Origin: Christensenellales bacterium
Lineage (GTDB): Bacteria; Bacillota; Clostridia; Christensenellales; CAG-138
Assembly (NCBI GenBank): GCA_045114775.1
Contig: JBGULC010000023.1
Coordinates: forward strand, 17,364 to 81,363
Direction of reading: 5' to 3'
DNA: 64,000 bases
Under the pieces are notes generated by a model, which saw only the letters and a list, made by a program, of their open reading frames with translations, was not told where the DNA came from and did no database searches. The position numbers were made by a program, and so were the translations under genes. Numbering within the stretch: position 1 is the first letter of the stretch; each line of letters starts with the position of its first letter. Of the stretch, positions 55,633 through 64,000 are shown piece by piece.

Positions 55633-56255
55633 AGAAAGTTTTTGATGAACGAGCGCCGATGCAGCGGACACGGACCGTATTCCTTCAGCGCGTCGATGTG
55701 TTGCTTCGTGCCGTAGCCCTTGTTCTGCGCAAAGCCGTACATCGGGTAAACTGCGTCCTGCTCGCGCATGTAGCGGTCACGCTCGACCTTGGCGACGATC
55801 GACGCCGCCGCGATCGAATAGCTTAAGGCGTCGCCGTGGATCAGCGAATGCTGCCGCGCGGGGATCTTAAGCCCCGTCAGCGCGTCGATCAGCACGTCGG
55901 TGACCGGCGTTTTCATCTTTGCAAACGCCTCGCAGAACGCGCGCTTCGTCGCCTCCAGGATGTTGATCTCGTCGATCACGGTCCGGTCCATCCACGCGGT
56001 CTGCGCCTCGATACAGGTTGAGAGAATACGGTCATACAGCGCTTCGCGCCGCTTTTCGCTGACCTTCTTGGAATCGTTGACATACTCTAAAAGCGGCTCC
56101 GGCGGCATCACGACGCAGGCCACGACCACCGGCCCCGCCAGCGGACCTCTCCCGACCTCGTCCATGCCCGCCAGGATCACGCCGTCCTGCGTCCAGAACG
56201 CGCGATCGCGCTCGGACAGCGCCAGCAGCCGTTCCTGTTCATTCCGCTTCGCCAT
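55629..56255 (-). CDS. rnhB: Ribonuclease HII
   Basis: GMDEVGRGPLAGPVV active site. SD GAAGGAGG precedes ATG 56255. Confidence 0.9.
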   Translation of the reverse strand: MAKRNEQERLLALSERDRAFWTQDGVILAGMDEVGRGPLAGPVVVACVVMPPEPLLEYVNDSKKVSEKRREALYDRILSTCIEAQTAWMDRTVIDEINILEATKRAFCEAFAKMKTPVTDVLIDALTGLKIPARQHSLIHGDALSYSIAAASIVAKVERDRYMREQDAVYPMYGFAQNKGYGTKQHIDALKEYGPCPLHRRSFIKNFL

Positions 56256-57117
56256 CGTCTTCCTCCTTCGGCGGCTGCTCCAAAGAGACGCGCGCGATCT
56301 TGCCCGCGCGGAATTCGTCGAGGACGATCCTTGCCGCACGTTCGGTATCGTAGACCCCGCCCTTCAGAATGAACCCGCGGCTCTTCGCAACGCCGATGAG
56401 AAGCGCGTCCTCCGGCGTTTCGGCGGAAAGCTTTTTATAGCGTTCGTAAAGCGCATCCGGAGCAAGCCGACGCAGCTCAATAAGGAGTTTTCCGGCAAGC
56501 TCCTCGATGTTCAGGATCTCGTCGTTGATCGAGCCGATATACGCAAGATGCTCGCCGACCGCGCTGTCGCCCAGCCTCGGCCAAAGAAGCCCCGGCGAAT
56601 CCAGAAGCTCGAGGTGCGGGGTGATCTTCACCCACTGCTTGCCCTTTGTGACGCCCGGCTTGTCCCCGGTCTGCGCGCGCTTTTCGCCCGCGATGCGGTT
56701 GATGAGCGTGGATTTGCCGACGTTCGGGATCCCCGCGATCAGCACACGGACCGTCTTTTGTACGCCCTTTTCCGCATAGCGCTTCACCAGGGGTTCCGTC
56801 GCCTTTTCGATGAGCCGGATCGTCGTGGACCTTGCGTTCTGCGCGCTCGCCGAGATTTCCGCCGCTTCGACGCCTCTCCCCTTATAATACCCGATCCAGC
56901 GCTTGTTGGTTGCAGGATCAGCAAGATCGCTCTTATTCAGCAAAAGCACCCGCGCCTTGCCTTGAAAGAGCCGGTCGAAATCCGGATTCCGGGTGCTTAT
57001 CGGCGCGCGCGCGTCGACAAGCTCCACGACCGCGTCGATGAGCTTCAGATTCTCCTCAAGCATCCTTTTGGCCTTCGCCATATGCCCGGGATACCAGTTG
57101 ATCGGATTGACTTCCAT
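56239..57117 (-). CDS. rbgA: Ribosome biogenesis GTPase A (YlqF/RbgA)
   Basis: INWYPGHMAKA, and circularly permuted GTPase motifs NKSDL then GIPNVGKST. Confidence 0.9.
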   Translation of the reverse strand: MEVNPINWYPGHMAKAKRMLEENLKLIDAVVELVDARAPISTRNPDFDRLFQGKARVLLLNKSDLADPATNKRWIGYYKGRGVEAAEISASAQNARSTTIRLIEKATEPLVKRYAEKGVQKTVRVLIAGIPNVGKSTLINRIAGEKRAQTGDKPGVTKGKQWVKITPHLELLDSPGLLWPRLGDSAVGEHLAYIGSINDEILNIEELAGKLLIELRRLAPDALYERYKKLSAETPEDALLIGVAKSRGFILKGGVYDTERAARIVLDEFRAGKIARVSLEQPPKEEDDGEAE

Positions 57118-57167
57118 GCGTTCCTCCGTTTCTCTTATGGAAAAAGCCCCGAAGCCGGGGCGTTCCG

Positions 57168-57566
57168 TCAATGCGTCTTAAAGAGTTTACGTTTCTTCTT
57201 CTGCTCCGCTGCTTCTTCCGGTTCCTCCGGCTTGCCGCTGAGAATCTGCCGCTCGCTGCGGATCTCAAAGTGGATGATGAACGCCATGATCGTGCGCAGC
57301 AGAACGATCGCGCCGAGAATCAGAAGCTCCTGCCATTCGCGCACGATGACCGTACGCAGGACCTCGCCGCCCATCTTGAAGGTCAGCGCGATCGCAATGC
57401 CCTCCGCAGCGATCAGCCGCGCCTTCGAATTCTTCCGGACCCACGCGATCACGCCGCGGATCGCCGTCAGGATGATCATGATGACGCCGATGACCTCGCA
57501 CAGCATGATCGCCCACTGGATGCCGTATTCAAAATACTGTTTTGCGGTCTCCAGAATCTGTTCCAT
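57168..57566 (-). CDS. DUF1622-like small membrane protein
   Basis: 132 aa with 3-4 TM segments. SD GAGAGGAG precedes ATG 57566. The 80-codon track extension is Arg/Gly-rich and not credible. Confidence 0.6.
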   Translation of the reverse strand: MEQILETAKQYFEYGIQWAIMLCEVIGVIMIILTAIRGVIAWVRKNSKARLIAAEGIAIALTFKMGGEVLRTVIVREWQELLILGAIVLLRTIMAFIIHFEIRSERQILSGKPEEPEEAAEQKKKRKLFKTH

Positions 57567-57583
57567 AGCGCTCTCCTCTCTGA

Positions 57584-58174
57584 TTATTCGGGTTTCTCCG
57601 GCGTCCGAAGCTCCGGGCCCGGATCGCCGAGGTTGAAATGCTTGCGGCAGAGTCCGATATACTTGTCGTTTGCGCCGAGCACGACCTGCTCGCCGACCTT
57701 CGTGATGCCGCCCTTTCCGTCGAGACGCGCGTTGTTCGTCGCCTTCCGACCGCACCAGCAGATGGTCTTGACCTCCTCGATCGCGTCCGCGCGGGCCAAA
57801 AGCCAATGACTGCCTTCGAAGAAATTGCCCTGGAAATCGGTCCTTAGCCCGTAGCAGATCACCGGAACATTGTAATCGTCGACGATCTTGACCAGCAGCT
57901 CCACCTGATCCTTGTTGAGGAACTGCGCTTCGTCGATGATCAGGCAGTCGTATTCGCCCGCCTTGACCTTGTTCATGTCAAGCTCCTCCATCGAAATGCA
58001 GGTGTCCTCAAGCCCGCAGCGCGACCAGATGCGGCGGCTGCCGTTTCGCGTGTCGATCGAAGGCTTGATGAGGATCGCATTTTTACCGCGTTCCCAGTAG
58101 TTGTACTTGACCATGATCGCGTTCGCGGTCTTACTGGAGCCCATCGCCCCGTAGCGAAAATAGAGCTTTGCCAT
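57584..58174 (-). CDS. tdk: Thymidine kinase
   Basis: GAMGSSKT P-loop and C-terminal CxxC..C zinc motif. Start at ATG 58174 after SD GGGAGA. Confidence 0.9.
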   Translation of the reverse strand: MAKLYFRYGAMGSSKTANAIMVKYNYWERGKNAILIKPSIDTRNGSRRIWSRCGLEDTCISMEELDMNKVKAGEYDCLIIDEAQFLNKDQVELLVKIVDDYNVPVICYGLRTDFQGNFFEGSHWLLARADAIEEVKTICWCGRKATNNARLDGKGGITKVGEQVVLGANDKYIGLCRKHFNLGDPGPELRTPEKPE

Positions 58175-58264
58175 GTCGATTCTCCCAGCCATAAATCTTC
58201 GAATATCATTATAGCGGAATACACCGCGCTTGTCAAAAAAATCCGTAAATTTTACAATTCGGGA

Positions 58265-58293
58265 TTGACGAAAACAAAATTCGCGAGTATAAT
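58265..58293 (+). promoter_or_regulatory. sigma-A promoter of rpsU (TTGACG-17-TATAAT); a second weaker TTGTCA-17-TACAAT lies about 40 nt upstream
   Basis: Hexamers at 58265-58270 and 58288-58293. Confidence 0.6.
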
Positions 58294-58343
58294 AGCAAAA
58301 GCGTCGTAAAGACAAGTTGTTGCTCAAGAGGGGAGGGAAAAAA

Positions 58344-58514
58344 ATGGAAATCAGAGTCGGTGAAAACGAATCCCTGGAAAGCGCTCTCAAGAGATGGAAG
58401 AGAAAGTGCGCTCGCAGCGGCGTCCTCGCAGAGGTCCGCAGACGTGAGCATTACGAAAAGCCCAGCGTAAAGCGCAAGAAGAAGGCAGAAGCCGCCAGAA
58501 AGCGCAAGTATTGA
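58344..58514 (+). CDS. rpsU: 30S ribosomal protein S21
   Basis: [32 protein letters not shown], 56 aa. SD GGGGAGGG upstream. Confidence 0.9.
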   Translation: MEIRVGENESLESALKRWKRKCARSGVLAEVRRREHYEKPSVKRKKKAEAARKRKY

Positions 58515-58532
58515 TTTTGAAGCAACATCGAA

Positions 58533-58561
58533 GAGGACCGGAATCCCGGTCCTCTTTTTTT
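58533..58561 (+). terminator. Intrinsic terminator after rpsU
   Basis: GAGGACCGG-AATC-CCGGTCCTC stem followed by T7. Confidence 0.75.
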
Positions 58562-58777
58562 GCCGTTAGATATTTCCCGACAAAGCCAATTCATGGCCAC
58601 AGATCAATTCATGCAGATCAGCCGCAAATCATAAACAATCCTCCTGCCTCGCTTTGCGAGTCACCCTCCTTTACACAAGGAGGGCAAATCGTTCCTAACA
58701 TTTGGAATGAGTTGCCACCGATTTATGTTACACAGCTTATCACATTACGCTAACGATTCTTGCTTGACTTTTTCTCC

Positions 58778-59542
58778 TTATGATTCCTTTGTTTCTTCTG
58801 TATGATTCGCCGTCATTGCATCCTCTTGTTTAGCCTGCGAATCATTAAGTCGTTCCAAAAATCCGGCTGTGATAATACCTGATGGTAATGCAATAATCGC
58901 GATTCCGAAAATTGAAGAAAGCATAGTCACAATGCGTCCGATCGTCGTAACAGGATAAATATCTCCATAACCCATCGTCGTCAGAGAAACCGTAGCCCAA
59001 TAGATCGCGTCGAAGAACGTATCAAAGGAATCCGGTTCGACATTGAAAATTACAAGCGCTGAGATTAAAATGTATGCGACCGCGAGCATACCGACTGTTA
59101 TCAGTGGCTTTCTTTGTGTCCTGAATACATACTTGATCATCTGTATGCTCTTTGAATACCGCACCGCTTTGAAAACTCGAAAAACGCGGAGCGTTCGGAA
59201 CAAGCGAAACACTTTCAGAATTCGGAACCCATTGTTAATCAAATTGAGCGACGGAAGGATGCAAAGCAGATCCAGAAGAGCCATAGGCGTGATTGGATAC
59301 AGCAAAAACGATGCAACTCCCTTTTTTAGCTTGTAATCGGCTGTGAAAATGCGCAAACAATAATCAATGATAAAGACTACGACCGCAATCCTGTCAATCA
59401 CAAGAAAAAAGGTGTTCTCCGTTTTGAACGCAAGCGGAACCAAGCTTAATATGATAACAACCATCATGAATATATCATAGATATAGCTCAGTTTGTCGTT
59501 ATCCTTCGCAGTTTCGACGATTTCAAATATTCTTTTTCTCAT
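58778..59542 (-). CDS. Voltage-gated-type K+ channel (ion_trans family)
   Basis: TTMGYGD selectivity filter. S4-like segment RILKVFRLFRTLRVFRVFK. The gene is low-GC. Confidence 0.8.
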   Translation of the reverse strand: MRKRIFEIVETAKDNDKLSYIYDIFMMVVIILSLVPLAFKTENTFFLVIDRIAVVVFIIDYCLRIFTADYKLKKGVASFLLYPITPMALLDLLCILPSLNLINNGFRILKVFRLFRTLRVFRVFKAVRYSKSIQMIKYVFRTQRKPLITVGMLAVAYILISALVIFNVEPDSFDTFFDAIYWATVSLTTMGYGDIYPVTTIGRIVTMLSSIFGIAIIALPSGIITAGFLERLNDSQAKQEDAMTANHTEETKES

Positions 59543-59565
59543 AACCGTTTTACATCAACAAAACC

Positions 59566-60123
59566 TTATGGATTACATTTCTTGCAAGGCACATACCCTT
59601 TCTCAATCAGTTCTTCACGTGTGCCTGTAAAGTCCCATCGGTTGCTTTCTTTTATGTCCGATACAGAAGAACAACTCGGTTTATGGAATTTCTTTGTGTT
59701 CGTATTCACAATATAAGTGACCTTTGCTTCCGTTTCAGCTGTCGGTTGCAATGTCGTTTCAGAAGTCGGCTCTTCCGTCGGCTGCGGCGTTGGTCCGGGC
59801 GTCGGCTCTTCTGTCGGCTGCAGCGTCGGTCCGGGCGTCGGCTCTTCTGTCGACTGCAGCGTCGGTCCGGGCGTCGGCTCTTCTGTCGACTGCAGCGTTG
59901 GTTCAGACGTCGGCTCTTCAGTCGGCCGCATCGTAAATTCAGGTGTTGCTGGCAAGTCCGGCTGTTCATCCGATCCGATGCGTGTCATGGTTTCGGCCTT
60001 GGACGATTCTGTATCTCTCCCCTGCGTCATCTTGCAACCGTCGAACAATATCCCTGACAATGCGCAAATGCATAAAAGCAAGCAAATCGCTTTCCCAGTT
60101 CTGGTTTTCTCAAATTGTTTCAT
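59566..60123 (-). CDS. Lipoprotein with TEEPTPGPTLQ tandem repeats and a C-terminal Cys-rich metal-binding-like module
   Basis: Lipobox FDGC. About five 12-aa repeats. The C-terminus FHKPSCSSV...GYVPCKKCNP resembles Ada-type Zn-binding-like modules found on Firmicute lipoproteins. Confidence 0.65.
   Translation of the reverse strand: MKQFEKTRTGKAICLLLCICALSGILFDGCKMTQGRDTESSKAETMTRIGSDEQPDLPATPEFTMRPTEEPTSEPTLQSTEEPTPGPTLQSTEEPTPGPTLQPTEEPTPGPTPQPTEEPTSETTLQPTAETEAKVTYIVNTNTKKFHKPSCSSVSDIKESNRWDFTGTREELIEKGYVPCKKCNP
59766..59933. repeat. 36-nt tandem repeat, about 4.6 copies, coding
   Basis: Unit TCGGCTCTTCTGTCGRCTGCAGCGTYGGTCCGGGCG repeated head-to-tail. In frame within the lipoprotein gene. 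Confidence 0.8.
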
Positions 60124-60151
60124 AATCGTTTCTATGCACTCCAGAGCGCCT

Positions 60152-60649
60152 CTACTTCTCTTCTTCCCGGTTTTCCATGAGACGCTTGCGGGGAAGCTGC
60201 AGCTTTTTCGGCAACAAAAGCTTCTTTTTACGATTCACCACAACGTGCTTTTTACAGTTCAGCCAATCCACGGTGCGGATCACGTTTTCGAGATCAACCT
60301 CGTCTAGCCCCTTCGCATACGTCAGTTCTTCGCGCAGCGCATCATTTTCCGCAATAAACCATCCGGAGACCCGGTCGATCCCGATGAACGTACCGTCCCG
60401 ATACCGGAATGCAACCGGATCCGGCTCCGCGCCGTGCAGCTTTTTCGTAAAGAATGTATTCTTCAGAACGTCGGCGCGGATCGCTGCGAGGAATGCCCCA
60501 TCTTCGTACGGTAAGGCGTGCAGCTCATTCTGCACATACTCCGCAAGCTCCTCCCCCGTGATCGCGTTCGGCACAAGGTTCGGACGCTCCTTCTCATAGA
60601 TCGCCTTCCACTGCTCGGTCAGCGGCGGGATTAGTTTTTTGATCTGCAT
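60152..60649 (-). CDS. Hypothetical protein (165 aa) with basic C-terminal tail
   Basis: Long ORF with plausible codon usage. No motif recognised. Confidence 0.5.
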   Translation of the reverse strand: MQIKKLIPPLTEQWKAIYEKERPNLVPNAITGEELAEYVQNELHALPYEDGAFLAAIRADVLKNTFFTKKLHGAEPDPVAFRYRDGTFIGIDRVSGWFIAENDALREELTYAKGLDEVDLENVIRTVDWLNCKKHVVVNRKKKLLLPKKLQLPRKRLMENREEEK

Positions 60650-60712
60650 AGACGCTCCTTTCTCTGTTCGGAAAAGGGCGAGGCATTTCGCCCCGCCCCC
60701 ATGATTCTGTTG

Positions 60713-63700
60713 TCAGTCTGCGTTTTCAACCTCAAACGCTATGATCAGGCCGACGACGTAGCGCAGGATCGCCGCAGCGTCCGCCGCGTTGACTTCACCG
60801 TCTCCGTTGACCTCGGCGTTGCGCAGACCTTCCGGCGTCAGCACGGAGAGACCTACCATTGCGCGCAGTACGAGCGCCGCGTCCGCCGACGTGATCTTGC
60901 TGTCGCAGTTGGCGTCGCCATACTCCGGAACCGGCTCCTCAAGAGGAATGATGTCCGCGCGGTTGCGGATACGGATACGCGGACCGATCTGGTCGGAGTT
61001 CTCGTAGCTGTTCTGACCGATGGACGCGATGCCGCATGCGCCGAGGAAGACGCCCTCCTCGACCCAGCTCAGGTCATGATAGCCCTGTTCATCCATCTCA
61101 CAGTCGTCATTGCAGTTGATGTAGCCGTCGAGGAAGACCACGACTTCGCCCGTTCCGTCGTCCACATGGATCGCGCCGAGCACGCCGTTCGCGTCATACT
61201 CGACCTTGGTGACCGTGCCTTCGAATCTGACAAGGTTGCCGACCTTGTTCGCAGCTGCCGCTTGCGCCGTAGTCACATACTCAGGTTCGATGAACTCTGT
61301 ATTCAGCGCTGAGATCTCGTCGATCACCAGATTCAGATTGCCGTCGTCGATCACATAGGTTTCGATCGTCTGCATGTTCGCCATCGTGATCGCGACCTCA
61401 AGGAGACGCGCGCGCGTCGCATAGCCGATCGTTGTGACGCCGTCCGCCGTATAAGGAACGTCGCGCAGCGTGATATCCTGGATGTCTCCGCCGTAGTCGT
61501 TGCCGCAGTTCAGCTCGATCTCGCCCATGTACTCGCTCGTCATACCGGTGATGCGAAGCTTCTGACCGATCTCATAGCGACCCGCGACCGGGAACACGTT
61601 GATGCCGCGGCCACTGTCGTCCTGGATGTAGATACAGTCGAAGAACGCGGTATCCTTGTCATAGCCGGACGCGTTGGAGGTGACGTAGCCCTCGATCGTG
61701 TAGGACGTGTTGAGCTTGCCCGCCTCGTGGATGTCCGCGATCGGCGTGACCTCGCTCGGATGGATCATCTTGAACAGGTTCACGACGATCTGGTAGTTCG
61801 TGTTCTGCAGCGTCGCCGCGCTCTCCATTTCGACCTTGACCTCGAACGTGGAGAAGAAGGTGACGCCGGAGGTGATGCAGAAGCCGCCCGCCGGCAGTTC
61901 TTCGTACGCAAGTACGCTTACAATCTCCTGATCGCCTGCCGCATCGTAGTACGGCTGATAGATCTTGTCCGCCGTGACGTTCTTGCCGCCGTTGTAGTAG
62001 AGCGGGTACGAGCTGACGAAGGTGGTATCGAACGCGTTGACGACGCTTTCCGCACCGTTCAGAATGATCGGCGCCGCATTGTAGCAGGAGAACATCAGGT
62101 TCGTGTTCTCGATGAGGTACTCGGTGAGCGGAGTATCCCAGTTATAGAAGTCCTTGCCGGTGAAATGCAGACGGTAGGACTCGTTGGTCATGTTGACCGC
62201 GTCGGAAACGATGCCCTTGCCTACGCGCGCCTTTGCGCCGATGGTTTCGAGCAGTTCGTTCGAGATGACGCTTGCCCATTCCTCCTCGTTTTCCGGCTCG
62301 AGACGGTCGGACTTCGAGCAGACGATGAAGCTGCCGCCGCGCTCTGCGTATCTTCCGATCGCCGCGATCTCATCTTCGGTATAGAGCGAATCGCTCACCG
62401 AGATGCTTGCGCCCTTGAACGGAACGGTCAGAACGAGCAGGTCGCAGTTTTCGAGCACTTCGTCCGTGATCGGCTCGGTGATGTGCTGCGACTTGACGCC
62501 GTACTGCGCCGCGAGCTCGATGAACGCCGTATCGGAATCCGCATAGTTGCCGGAGACGTAGAAGTTGCTGTGTCCCGCGTCGATCAGCATCAGCGACATA
62601 TCCGCGCCGTCGCGGACCGTGAAGCCGAGGTTGCCGTTGAACACGAATTCCGCGCCGCGGAACGTACCGGTGACCTTGACTTCCATCGTGAAGCGTCCGG
62701 TCTCGGTCGGCGTGTAGGTCCAGGTCAGTTTGTCGTCCTGTTTGGTCGTGGTCAGCGTGGAGGTGCCGTCGGCAAACTTCGGGTTCTCGATCGTTTCGAG
62801 CAGCTCGCCCGCCACGGAGTATTCAACCTTGGTGACCGTGAAGTCGACAGCGGACGCGTCTTCACCGAGTTTCGGCTCTTCGTAGTTGTACAGCGGGACG
62901 CTGAACGTGATCGGTTCGTCCTTCAGTTCGATCGTGGTGTCCTTTTCAACCGGCGACATGCCGACCTTGACGGTCTCGCTCGTCCAGACAGGCGCGGTGA
63001 CCGCGATATCGGCGTCGACCTCGTCCACGCGGATGTAGTAGTAGGAGTAGTTGTTGTCGATCTCGATCTCCCAGGAGCCGGACTGCGCGTTGAACGTCTT
63101 GCTCGCCACGGTGACGTCACCGTTCGCGATGATGGAAACCTTCTGGACCTTGTCCGTCGGATCCTTGAAGTCGACGCGGATACTGAGCTTCTCGCCCTGT
63201 TCGAGGTTCATGATCGAACCCATGACCTGCTCGTTCAGGGTGTAGTAGATCTCGAGGTCGTTGTCCTCGGTGGCATACATCGTCATGGCGCGCATTGCGT
63301 CATAGATGCCTTCTTCGGAGAAGTTGTCGGTGTAGACGACGTCGCGGCAGGTGTTGCTGTCGCCCCAGCCGCCCTTGTGGTTGTCCTGGTTGTTGGTCGG
63401 CGCCACATGCCAGCCCTTGTCGAGCGCCATGGTATAGTACTGATAGGAGGGCCAGTACATCGAACCGCCGACTTTGCCTTCGCCGTTGCCGACCTCGATC
63501 ATGGTGATCAGCTCGTCGTACGCGGGCGTGTAGTGCGCAAAGTCTTCAAACGTACCGAACGTCGTGCCCGGATGGTTGAACTGGTTGATCGTGGTCTTGC
63601 GGCCGTTTTCCTTATCGATGCGCGCCACCTCGACCAGACGGTCGTAGTACGCGACGAGGCCCGGGCCGCCCTTGACGACGTACTTCGGCACGTTGCGGGA

Positions 63701-64000
63701 CTCGAAGCCGATCGAGTTGAACGTGTTCATATGGCCGTACTGACCGGACCACGTCATCTCGTAGCCGATGATCGGAACAAAGTTGCCGTCCGCGTACTGT
63801 TCCGCCGTCGCCTTTGCTTCCTGCCAGAGCGTCATGGAGCCGTCCGCGGTCATCTTGCCCTTGCTCGCGTCGGTCATGTCGCCGTTCGGGTTGTCCTTGG
63901 TGTCGTAGTAGTTCGAGTGGTCGGTGACCGCAAGGAAGTCGATCTGCTCTGCCGCCTTCGCGTGCGCAAGTGCCTGCTCCAGCGTGCCGGTACCGTCGGA
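60713..64000 (-). CDS. Large secreted PHP-domain (CehA/McbA-like metallophosphoesterase) protein with OB-like modules and C-terminal type-I dockerin; 5' end beyond the window
   Basis: The frame stays open upstream of the track Met to nt 64000 (..IDFLAVTDHSNYYD.., PHP-like). The C-terminus has two dockerin Ca-binding repeats (DANCDSKITSADAALVLR and VNGDGEVNAADAAAILR). Confidence 0.7.
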   Translation of the reverse strand, partial: SDGTGTLEQALAHAKAAEQIDFLAVTDHSNYYDTKDNPNGDMTDASKGKMTADGSMTLWQEAKATAEQYADGNFVPIIGYEMTWSGQYGHMNTFNSIGFESRNVPKYVVKGGPGLVAYYDRLVEVARIDKENGRKTTINQFNHPGTTFGTFEDFAHYTPAYDELITMIEVGNGEGKVGGSMYWPSYQYYTMALDKGWHVAPTNNQDNHKGGWGDSNTCRDVVYTDNFSEEGIYDAMRAMTMYATEDNDLEIYYTLNEQVMGSIMNLEQGEKLSIRVDFKDPTDKVQKVSIIANGDVTVASKTFNAQSGSWEIEIDNNYSYYYIRVDEVDADIAVTAPVWTSETVKVGMSPVEKDTTIELKDEPITFSVPLYNYEEPKLGEDASAVDFTVTKVEYSVAGELLETIENPKFADGTSTLTTTKQDDKLTWTYTPTETGRFTMEVKVTGTFRGAEFVFNGNLGFTVRDGADMSLMLIDAGHSNFYVSGNYADSDTAFIELAAQYGVKSQHITEPITDEVLENCDLLVLTVPFKGASISVSDSLYTEDEIAAIGRYAERGGSFIVCSKSDRLEPENEEEWASVISNELLETIGAKARVGKGIVSDAVNMTNESYRLHFTGKDFYNWDTPLTEYLIENTNLMFSCYNAAPIILNGAESVVNAFDTTFVSSYPLYYNGGKNVTADKIYQPYYDAAGDQEIVSVLAYEELPAGGFCITSGVTFFSTFEVKVEMESAATLQNTNYQIVVNLFKMIHPSEVTPIADIHEAGKLNTSYTIEGYVTSNASGYDKDTAFFDCIYIQDDSGRGINVFPVAGRYEIGQKLRITGMTSEYMGEIELNCGNDYGGDIQDITLRDVPYTADGVTTIGYATRARLLEVAITMANMQTIETYVIDDGNLNLVIDEISALNTEFIEPEYVTTAQAAAANKVGNLVRFEGTVTKVEYDANGVLGAIHVDDGTGEVVVFLDGYINCNDDCEMDEQGYHDLSWVEEGVFLGACGIASIGQNSYENSDQIGPRIRIRNRADIIPLEEPVPEYGDANCDSKITSADAALVLRAMVGLSVLTPEGLRNAEVNGDGEVNAADAAAILRYVVGLIIAFEVENAD

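Noticed and set aside
59766-59933. Possible CRISPR array (regular 36-nt repeats).
   Set aside because: The repeats are directly tandem with no spacers, lie in frame inside a lipoprotein gene, and encode a TEEPTPGPTLQ peptide repeat. No cas genes are present.

Overview
High-GC Firmicutes (Clostridia) chromosome, probably a butyrate-producing, spore-forming gut anaerobe of the Oscillospiraceae / Intestinimonas-Flavonifractor type; this placement is a guess from gene content and composition. No rRNA, tRNA, CRISPR array, transposase or integrase was seen. Left part (1-14.7 kb): a complete lysine-fermentation operon (kal-kce-kdd-kamA-kamD-kamE-atoD-atoA) sits behind a sigma-A promoter, a lysine (L-box) riboswitch and a strong terminator. 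It converges on a crt-hbd-bcd-etfB-etfA butyryl-CoA operon, and an AT-rich one-gene island encoding an Mrr-type nuclease separates the two. Middle (14.8-31.8 kb): a DMT transporter, an aldo/keto reductase, a P-loop/tRNA_SAD-like protein, a citE-citF plus two-subunit Fe-S hydro-lyase cluster with no citD, an FecB/C/E-type ABC importer, a SipL-like DUF3794-LysM protein, dapF and small accessory genes. Right part (31.8-58.5 kb, almost all minus strand): a housekeeping/sporulation block of carD, prs, sigK, mltG, rnj, hslVU, trmFO, topA, dprA, comM, yraN, rnhB, ylqF, tdk and rpsU. Two insertions interrupt it. The first (32.5-34.5 kb) is a terminator-bracketed 3-gene operon: two paralogous lipoprotein-like, acidic, repeat-motif proteins plus a radical SAM/SPASM enzyme. 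I could not match it to any described maturase system, and it is my top candidate for something new. The second (50.0-55.2 kb) is a GtrA plus two GT-C glycosyltransferase module. The window ends with a low-GC islet (K+ channel, tandem-repeat lipoprotein) and a large dockerin-bearing PHP-domain protein that runs off the edge. CDS coordinates rest on the supplied ORF track, with start codons re-chosen by hand. Small RNA/DNA sites were indexed by hand and may be off by 1-2 nt. All family assignments come from motif recognition, not searches.
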